A DNA stretch of 64,000 nt from the human T2T-CHM13v2.0 reference genome, Homo sapiens, in NCBI RefSeq assembly GCF_009914755.1, contig NC_060939.1; one strand, given 5' to 3'. Numbering within the stretch: the first letter of the stretch is position 1; each line of letters starts with the position of its first letter. This document shows positions 1 to 9,020 of this stretch, one piece after another. Below the pieces are notes generated by a model. That model did not search any database and was not told the DNA's origin. It worked only from the letters and a program-made list of their open reading frames with translations. The position numbers were made by a program, and so were the translations under genes.

Positions 1-346
1 ACCTCAGTGTCCTCCTCTGTAAAGTGGGAGCAACAATCCTGCCTCCTCCATGTCCTGGAGGGAGGACTGCGTGTGTTCTTGCATATGCAGGCTCAGCCCG
101 TGCCCGGCACATCCTAAGAGCTCGATCCATGCCAGCTGCTGTTAGCATGCAAACCCAGCCATGGCTCCTGCCACCCTCCCCTCAGGGAAACTGAGAGTGA
201 CCTGAGGCCTATTTCCACATCCAGGGACCCAAAGAGGAGGACCACAAGTGTCCAGGCTGGCCCAGGCTGGGGTGAGGGGTGACCGGGGGCTGGGGCTTCA
301 GCCTTGGGAACAGAATGAAAGCCCGATTCCCTCTGCTCCTTCCCGG

Positions 347-486
347 GGCTGGCTTGGGTGATGAGGCGGGTGAAGGGCATGAGGCCAGGTGGCGCAGGAT
401 GAAGTCAACCTCATTGAAGAGCTCGTGGCTGGAGGAGCCGCTGCCTGAGCCTTCAGGGCCCAGTGTGTCCGGGGGCCACCGACACA
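347..486 (-). pseudogene. intronic diverged copy of the ADAMTS7 TSR4/mucin-junction coding segment
   Basis: translates CRWPPDTLGPEGSGSGSSSHELFNEVDFILRHLASCPSPASSPKP, close to recalled ADAMTS7 CRWPLGTLGPEGSGSGSSSHELFNEADFIPHHLAPRPSPASSPKP; no adjacent splice acceptor. Confidence 0.75.
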
Positions 487-1305
487 TCATCCCACCATCC
501 ACACCCTTCCCAATGGCTCAGAGAACCTCCGGACAAGAAATGGGGCATCAAGGGGCAGCCCCTGCTCTCCATCCCCACACCAGGCTTGGCACTGCTCCTG
601 TCCTTCACACCCTCTGTCACTGCCAACCCTGGGGCCTTTGCACAGCCACGCTCCTCACCTTGGACACTCACTTCCATACTGCCTGTTGAGGCCCAGCTGC
701 AGGACCCCCTCTGCTGGTGGCTCTGCCTTCTCTGCTCCACCCCCTGCCCCGTGGTCCCGAGAGTAAGTTGTCCCTCCCCTGAGCTGCCAGTCCCACATCC
801 GTCCCCCTCTTTCCTCACCAACAGATTCTGATTTTGTTCAAGACAGCAATGGGACCTGCTGAAAACACACCCCACTGCCGCTCCCTTGCAACTAGGGGGG
901 TCTGGGACACAGTCCTGGCTCGGGAGAAAAAGGCACAAGTCCCTCGCTGGGAGTCAGCCCTTTTCCCTCTCCTTCTTCCTGCCCAGAACACTGCAAGAGC
1001 CCTGGAAGGGAGGACACCATCTGTGGCAAGCAGGAGTGGAGGGGAGGCTGCTGTGACAAGGACGGTGTGGCTGAGGGCCAGTCAGCTCCAGGTCCCGCCA
1101 GCTTAGACTGTGCATCTGGGACTTCCTGCCTGAGACAAAGAACCCCTGTCTGTTCCAGCCACCACAGGGCACTTGCCTCTGCAGAGGCTCCCAAGTGGTC
1201 CACCTGCGAAGCAGCCAATTTGCTGAAAGACAGTTCCCCAAATGTCTAGTGCTGCAAGTGTATTTGTTGGTTTTCAAGTTTGTCCAATTAAAGACACCTG
1301 TATTA

Positions 1306-1714
<409 letters not shown>

Positions 1715-1814
1715 TCACTTTGTCATCATAATAGCATTTGAAGGAATGCTCAAATGTCTGTATCTCAGATTCCCAATTCTGAGACCCTGAGGATACTGAG
1801 TGTCAACAATGGGA

Positions 1815-2232
1815 AGACTGAGGGGAAAAGGGGAGAACTAAGAGACAAAGGGGGAAACTGAGGTGTGGGGAGATCAAGGAACGGCAGGGGAGACCAAGCA
1901 GGGGGAGGAAGACCGAGGGGCGTTGGTGGGGGGGACTAGGGGGCTGGGGGGAGACCAAGGAATGGTGGGGGAGACCGAGCTGTGAGAGGAGGACTGAGGG
2001 GTGTGGCGGGGGTACTGGAGGGCTGGAGGGAGACCGAGGGATATGGTGGGGAGACCGAGGGGTATGGGGGGAGACCGAGGGGTATGGGGGGAGACTGAGA
2101 GGCATGCGGGGAGACTGAGGAGTATGGGAGGAGACGGAGGGCCAGAGGGGAGACTGAGGAGCAGTGGGGAGGAGACAGAGAGAGAGGGGACTGAGGAGCA
2201 TGGGGAGAGAGGGAAATTTGGGGAGGAAGAGT
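1815..2232 (+). repeat. G-rich degenerate minisatellite (about 21-bp GGGGAGAC(C/T)GAGGGGTATG unit)
   Basis: repeated GGGGAGACCGAGG units, most regular at about 2028-2125. Confidence 0.85.
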
Positions 2233-2593
2233 CAGAGTTAATGAAATTGCCCTACTTTTTATAAATAGTTTAGGGAAATAAGTCAGTGTGGTGAGGGGCC
2301 ACTGGACTGGTCTATCGAGGGGGAGCTGTGTCCCCTGGAGGGAGAACGCCAAGAGCTGGAGCACACTGAACATGCGCCGCGAGCCAGCACCCACCTGCCT
2401 CATCCATGTACCCTCCCAGCGGGCCTGGGACACAGGGCAATCGCTAGCCTCATCTCACAGATGGAGAACTGAGGCTCAGAGAAGCAAACTTCCAAACCCG
2501 TGGTGGCCCAGCAGTGAGCTGGGAGCTGAAGCCAGTGTCCCTGTCCAGACACTAAGCCCCTGCTGGTGGGGCTGTGCCTGCCCCACTTCTCAC

Positions 2594-2735
2594 CTCTGCC
2601 GCAGGTGACTGTGCACTTGGTCCAGGGCCCATAATGCCAGGAGAACACGGGCGGCGGGACCTCGTCGTGGCCACCTGCCTCCCTGTGGATGGTGTACTCG
2701 TAGTGCACCCCAGGGTTGCTCTCCTGGAACAGCAG
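2594..2735 (-). CDS. ADAMTS7: ADAMTS7 exon 16 (spacer end, TSR2 start); gene continues beyond position 1
   Basis: cccag|CTGCTG ... G|GTGAGA; 142 nt; NPGVHYEY...WHYGPWTKCTVTCGRG. Confidence 0.96.
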
Positions 2736-3016
2736 CTGGGTGGGCAGGCGGGGGCCCATGAGCACAAGGTGTCTTCTCCATCCACCCAGTCCTAAAGGAG
2801 CTGACCCCAGCCACCTCTGTGAACTGCAGCTACAAGATTGGGCCATTTTAAAGATGGGGAAACTGAGGTAGAGGCCGCAGCAGGAGGGCCTGGCTCAGAG
2901 CCAGGCTCTGTGACTGAACCAGGGCTCACTCCTCCAGGACGAGACCTGCCATGGAGGGTGCTGGGCCTGGGGACTCCGCCTCTGCTCCCCCCGCCTGGGC
3001 CACGGGAGGCAGGCAC

Positions 3017-3261
3017 CTGGATCCAGACAGGCTCCTTGGTGGGACCCGGGGACGTGAGGTTCTCCCAGTTGCCCCTGCGTGCGTATGTGAAGGTGGTCCC
3101 TGCCACCTGGTAGTCCCCGTTCCACTGGATGGTCCAGCCACCATTGAGGAAGTACTTCTCCGGGTCCTCACTCCGCAGTGCCAGGAAGTTGGCAGCCTCG
3201 GCAACCTCTTGGATGCGGATCTCGCGTGCGCCGGCTGGGATCAGCCCCACATCCACATACC
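3017..3261 (-). CDS. ADAMTS7: ADAMTS7 exon 15 (spacer)
   Basis: gacag|GGTATG ... CAG|GTGCCT; 245 nt; [12 protein letters not shown]...YFLNGGW. Confidence 0.96.
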
Positions 3262-4514
3262 CTGTCAGCCAAGGGTTGTGCATAGGTTGTGCCCAGGGTG
3301 AGAGGGTTGCTTATCCCCACCCGCTCCCCTCATGTCTCTCCCCACTTGCCTCCGCCTGCTGATGCCAAAGCTTTAAAGTCTGAGCTCCCTAAATTGCTCG
3401 GATCTGTCATGGGTCACCAAAACCTCGCAGAGGTGCCACAAATCCTGACCCCGTGGCCATGCCCCATCACTCCTCTCTTGGGGACCTACACTGGTCTCAT
3501 CATAAGGCTGGATCCATTCCCTACTCTAAGGGCTGGCTGGCATCTTCTTTCTAAAAAAACCAAAGTGCCCAGGCCTTTCTCCTGGGACACCCTCCTCATC
3601 CCCATGCGGCCTGCTTTTATTCATTCACTTCCATCACACCCATCACGTGCCAGGCACTACTCTCAGCACCTCACATGTGTAAGCTCATGGGTAATGGCCC
3701 TATAGCATAGGTACTATTGTTATCCCCATTTTACAGATGAGCAAAGTGAGGCAGACGGGGATAGTAACGTACATGAACATCCTGCTGCGGTATGAGCAGC
3801 CTCCATGGCCAGTGCTTTATCCACCACACTGCACTGCATCTCTGGGAGAAAATCTAAGCTTCTCAGCCTGGCACTCAAGGCCCCATAGCTGGCCCTGCCT
3901 TCCCTTCTTGCCTCCAGGCTCTGGCACAAGCTCTTCTTTCCTCCATTTGGAATGCCCTTTCCATCTCTTCTGAGTTTTATGATTCAGCTCAACTTCCGCC
4001 TCCTACAGGAAACCTTCCCTGACTTCCCCAGGCCAGGACCTTCTTCCTCAGTGCTCCCACAGCCCTCCGGGCCTCCCTCCACTGCACTGGTCACACCAAA
4101 AGGTTCTGTCCCCCTCCAGGACTAAGCGCTTCACCTGCATGTCCCCATCACCTAGCACACAGTCAGTACTTGAGCAACGTGTGCAAAACAGACCGGAGGT
4201 GAGGACACGGAGCTGGGGTCTCAGAAGCTTCAGGAGGAGACTACCATTCTTTGGAAGGCCAAGGGGCCACACACAAGCCGGGTTGGCCCTATCTGGGGTG
4301 TCTGGGACAGGAGGACTCCCCATGGGGACAGGTCTCTGCACATGGGCCAGGGGTCCCCTGACTCCTGCAAGAATCCACCCCAGCAAGGCTTCCCTGCTTA
4401 GCCATCTCCAGGCTGGGTGGGGGCCACGAGGCCAAGGACAGGGGCCCAGGGGAGATGGGGAAGGGGCCACCAGGTGAAGAGCATACCCCTCCCCACAGCG
4501 GTCCCACCCCATAC

Positions 4515-4635
4515 CCAGGCCCTCGGCCTCCTCGAAGGTCCCGCTCACGGTGTGGCAGGTGGAGCCGTTGCCGTGGCACACACCACAGCGGTCCTCCATA
4601 GCACCGGAGTCAATCTCGAAGTCACAGCCCACGTT
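4515..4635 (-). CDS. ADAMTS7: ADAMTS7 exon 14 (Cys-rich end, spacer start)
   Basis: tgcag|AACGTG ... G|GTATGG; 121 nt; NVGCDFEIDSGAMEDRCGVCHGNGSTC. Confidence 0.96.
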
Positions 4636-5446
4636 CTGCAACACACAAGGAGGGGAGGGCCCTGGTGCTGGCGGCCAGCCCTCTGTGGCCCCAGCCCCGG
4701 GGCCAGCCAGAGTCAGGAGAAGAAAGCTGGGAGTTGGGGTCGGGAGGCCTCTCTCTGGCCCTGCCCCACCTCAGCTGTGCCTCTGACCCAGGTGAACCTC
4801 TCTACCTCCCTGAGCCTCAGTTTCCTCAGATGTGAGACAGGGAGACCCACCCCTCCCTTAAAGGCATGTCATGAGCATCACATGAGACAAGAGAAGGGAA
4901 GAGTTCTGCAAAGGCTGCGGGCAGGCAGGGGATCTGACACGCCACGGGCTCCTGAGCAGCGCGTGCAGGGAATTTCAACGTCAAAGGCACTGGGGGTTGG
5001 CACCTCCCTCCTGGTCCTCCTCGGAGCCCAGGCCTTGATACCCCAGAGGCTTAGAGGGCAAGAAGCAGGGACAAGTAGGTCGCTGGGGACATGGGCAAAG
5101 AGGAGAGGCCGTCATTGTTATTAAAAATAAGAATAGAAATTGTTACCACACACTGAGGGCTACTCTTCGCGGCTCAGAGCCCTCTGTGTCACCTATGCCA
5201 CCTCATTTAACCCCTTCTATCAGGGAGCAAACCACTGCCTGTGGTCAGCCAGCCAGCAAGAGGTCAAGCCACTGCCTGAGCTCCGGTTTCCTGGCTGGGG
5301 CGGTGCTGGTGCAGGCATCCAGGGAGACGCAGGGGGGCGAGGCCTGACTGGAAGGGTCCCCAGTGCCAGGAGGCGTGGTAGGGGCTTTGCCTTAGAGGTC
5401 ATAGAGGGTACGGGCTGGGAAGCCCGATGGTAGAGCATGGGGAGGG

Positions 5447-5546
5447 TGGCCCGAGGAGGACCAGGAGGGACCCAGGAGAGAACCTGGGGCCCGCCATGGC
5501 CCGAGGAGGATCAGGAGGGACCCAGGAGAGAACCTGGGGCCTGCCA
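5447..5546 (+). repeat. 50-bp tandem duplication (2 copies)
   Basis: TGGCCCGAGGAGGA(C/T)CAGGAGGGACCCAGGAGAGAACCTGGGGCC(C/T)GCCA x2. Confidence 0.9.
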
Positions 5547-5598
5547 GTGGGGCTGGGGGCAGGCAGTGCTGGGAGAGCCTCTTCCTAACCAGGCACAC

Positions 5599-5732
5599 CT
5601 TACAGATGCCGTTGATGCAGAGGTCCCGGCTGGCTCGGACCTGGTAGCAGGGGGTGCCATCGACCACGGCGTCCCGCAGCTTCTCGGCAAAGTACTCATT
5701 CGCGGGCCGGCAGTGCAGCTCGCAGGGGTTCA
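5599..5732 (-). CDS. ADAMTS7: ADAMTS7 exon 13 (Cys-rich domain)
   Basis: ctcag|TGAACC ... AAG|GTGTGC; 134 nt; NPCELHCRP...DGTPC. Confidence 0.96.
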
Positions 5733-6055
5733 CTGAGGGCCCAAGTAGAAGAGTCATCAGCAACAGCTGGGGCGGGAGTATGGAGGCCACCAGGAAGACC
5801 CCTCCGTGACACACATCCATGGCAGGCTGGAGGCTCCCAAGCAGCACCAACATGCTGGAGGCTCCGGCTGGGCTGATAGCTATCTGCAAGGCTGCAGACT
5901 GGGGAGCTAGGGGCGAGCAGCAGCCCCAGGGGACAGTGGGAGTGGCCCAGGCTTGGGGTGAAGACTGGGCCTCCTGCTCGCATCACAGGGTAACCTTGGA
6001 CCCACACACCCCCAGCCCTCTGAGCCTCAATGTCTCCATGGGGGGCAGCACTCAC

Positions 6056-6225
6056 CGTCATTGACCACGGGCACCCATGTGTGCAGCTGGCCCTTGTAGA
6101 GCATAGCGTCAAAGTGGCTGCACTGGACGTGGCGGAAGGAGGGGTGGCCAGCAGGGCAGGCCTGCAGGTTGCAGAGGCGGAAGCGCTTGCGCTCACCCAC
6201 ACAGTATCTGCCTTTGTATTTGGGC
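6056..6225 (-). CDS. ADAMTS7: ADAMTS7 exon 12 (TSR1 end, Cys-rich domain)
   Basis: cacag|GCCCAA ... G|GTGAGT; 170 nt; PKYKGRYCVGERKRFRLCNLQAC. Confidence 0.96.
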
Positions 6226-7619
6226 CTGTGGGGAGAACCGGGGTGGGCCCCAGTGACGGCCCAGTGAGTGCTACTGCATGGCCACAGCCCAGAGCAAGCA
6301 ACTTCCTCCTGCATCCACACCCCGAGATCCCTGCTGCCCAGCTTTGTGCACGCTGCTCCCCTCCCTTGGGCTGCCCACCCTCTGGCCCAGACACACTCTC
6401 CCTGTTTGTAAGGACCTGTGGGGAGGTGGCAGCAGGAAGCCTGAGCTCTGCCCCCAACCTACAGTGTGACCGTGAGCAAGTCTTCGGCCACCCTCTGGGC
6501 CTCAGTTTCCTCATGTATAAAGTGGGGTTGGGGCTGCCCCTGCAGAGGGCTGTTGAGAAGCTGGGACAAGCTGCAGGCATGACTGGCACTGGCTGGAGGG
6601 ACTGCTCCGAGTCTCCAGCCCATGACACCAGCATCCTAACGAGCCCTTGAGTCCTCAGCCTTCCTCCTGGTGGCAGTACCCCCAGCCCGGGTCTAAAGGA
6701 AGTGCCTAGGGCCCCAGCCAGCTGAAAGGTCTGACCTAGCACAGCTCCTGAAATCCTCCGCATCTAGGCCAGGGTCGCTGGCCCCCACCCAGCTCAGACC
6801 TGGAGGCCAGGAGGCAGGGAGGGGCACAGGCCACTCTTGGGTAAGCGCAGGGCCCTGGGTGGGGCTGGCTGTGAACCCCATGCCTGCCCCGGGTGGCCTC
6901 CTGAAGTGAAGATCAGCCGGGTAGTGCCTCGGTCTACAGTACCACTGGCCTGTACGTCTCACCAGATCTTCACACCCCCTGCACCCCCACCCCCCCGTTT
7001 AGATGGGGAAATAGAGGCCCAGAGAGGTGAAGTCGCTCACGTCAGGCCACCCCTTCAGTGCTGTCCCATCCTCCCAGCTGCTCCGTCTCATCTCAGACCT
7101 TTGTTGAGCCTCTGAGGCCACCAAGCCCCTCCCGCTGAGTGCCCACTACAGATGAGCTGCAGGGCTGAGGGCCTGGCCTGCATAAACTGCATTTGCCCCT
7201 GACTACAACTTTACTGGATGGGCACTGCTATTATACAGATGGGGAAATGGAGGCCCAGAGAAGGGGTGAAGAGGAGATTCGAACCCTGAGCCATCTAAGG
7301 TCCAGGGCCCATGCTCTTCCCCACTGCCCTCTCCTGCCTCCTTCCAGCCAGCAGCTGCTTTGCCATGTGGCCTCTGATGAGTCTCTCTAGTCTCTGGGCC
7401 TCAGTGTCCCCCTCTCTAGAAAGGGGTCAGAAGTGGGGACCCTGTCAGCCCCCAGAACACTCCTTGAAAGTGACTTAAGGTGGCCTGGACACTCGGACTG
7501 ACCATTATCAGGACACTTCTAAGAGCCAGGGGCTGGGACAGAGCCAAGCTCCTGCAATCGGCTGACTGTTTGGGTCCCTCTGTCCCACTGCCCAAGGGCA
7601 CCCTGGGCCCCACACTCAC

Positions 7620-7765
7620 GTAGGCTGCGTGCACTGCCGCTCGGCGCTCTGTACGCCCATGCCACAGCTCCGTGAGCAGATGGACCAGGCGCTCCAGCCA
7701 GACCAGCCACCATCCACGGCCTCGGGCCGGAAGCCCACGGGTACGCACTCCCCACTGAGACACCA
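7620..7765 (-). CDS. ADAMTS7: ADAMTS7 exon 11 (start of first thrombospondin type-1 repeat)
   Basis: cagtag|TGGTGT ... AC|GTGAGT; 146 nt; WCLSGECV...[21 protein letters not shown]. Confidence 0.95.
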
Positions 7766-8180
7766 CTACTGAGACAGACGGAGGTAGAGCCACCCCACCC
7801 CCAAGTCTATCAGTCATCCTCACCCTAGTGAGAACAAGGTGGGTGGGAAGGCTGCGAAAGGCACAGAGGGGAAGGATGGAAGGTGAGAGAGGCACCCTCA
7901 CAATCATCACAATCATCTGTGACCCAGGCCACATGGAGGAGCTGAGCGGGGAGTAAAACAGCCCACATGCTGACTCAGCTGAAGACACCCTGGGGAATCA
8001 TGGAATCAAGCCCTGGCCCCAATGCCTCCACTTTGCAGATGGGGGCTTGGGCTGCAGAGAGCGTGGGGCTCTGCTAGGAGCACAAGCAAGACTGTGAGCC
8101 GGGGCTGACCCCAGGGCCTGGTCACAGCAGGAAGTCTGGCCTCTCACACACCCACTGCCGGGACTGGGGACATCCCCTAC

Positions 8181-8273
8181 CTTATTCTCCCCACACCGGG
8201 TGCCGTCCACGGCTGCATCCAGCTTGGAGTGACAGGTGGTCCCCACAGAGCACCAGAGTGTGTGGCAGACATT
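8181..8273 (-). CDS. ADAMTS7: ADAMTS7 exon 10 (disintegrin-like domain)
   Basis: cgcag|AATGTC ... AAG|GTAGGG; 93 nt; NVCHTLWC...DGTRCGENK. Confidence 0.96.
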
Positions 8274-8875
8274 CTGCGAGGAGGAGGGCATGGGCCATAC
8301 CCTCACACCCTCCCCAGTGCCGCCACCCACCCTGCCCCCCTCCCTGTCCCCAAGGGTCCCCTGGGCACCCCTCCACATGGCAGGGGCCCACAGACCCCCA
8401 GAGGTTCCTTCTTGTGTGCCTGCTCCCACCTTCCTCCCCGGACCATGTGGTGGTGTGCGGCGCCCGGGGCTGCGCTGCTCAGAGCGGTCCCCAGCTGTCC
8501 ACACCTCTCCCGGCCCAGCCCCTCCTCTGGAAACACTCCTGTTAGAAGATCACTTCAGGCGATCTTCGCCAGGATAAATAGACCCTCTCCACAGGGGTTC
8601 CTTTTCCCTCTTATAAGCCAGCTCCAGAGAGGCGAAGGGACTTGTCCGAAGGGTCACAGTTGGTCCATGGTTGACCCAGAATTCAGAGCTGGGTCTGTGG
8701 CCGCCCATCCCTGGCCTCTCCCACAGGCCACTTGACGTCTCACAGTGTCACTCAGGGGCGCAGCCCAGGCCAGGAGAGGTTGCTCCCAGGCTGGCATCCA
8801 CGGGCTGGTGAGAGCTGCCCCCTGAGCCCTCCTGCCGGGTCCCCACACCCCCACACCCACACCGGCCCCACTCAC

Positions 8876-9020
8876 ATCCATGTCCTCGCAGAAGGCAGAG
8901 TAGGCCCCGTACTGGAGGCGGCACTGGTGGCTTACATCATAGAGGACGCCAGGTGGCACCGAGGGGAAGTCGATAATGTCCTTGGCAGGAGGGTCGTCCA
9001 GGCACAGGCCCCACCCACGG
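8876..9020 (-). CDS. ADAMTS7: ADAMTS7 exon 9 (end of catalytic domain, start of disintegrin-like domain)
   Basis: tttag|CCGTGG ... GAT|GTGAGT; 145 nt; GWGLCLDDPP...PGVLYDVSHQCRLQYG. Confidence 0.96.

Noticed and set aside
1815-2232. CRISPR-like repeat-spacer array
   Set aside because: Degenerate minisatellite without unique spacers, in eukaryotic DNA with no cas genes.
5696-6763. 355-aa minus-strand ORF
   Set aside because: Out of frame with exons 12/13, runs through a MIR remnant and has no recognisable domain; expected by chance in GC-rich DNA.
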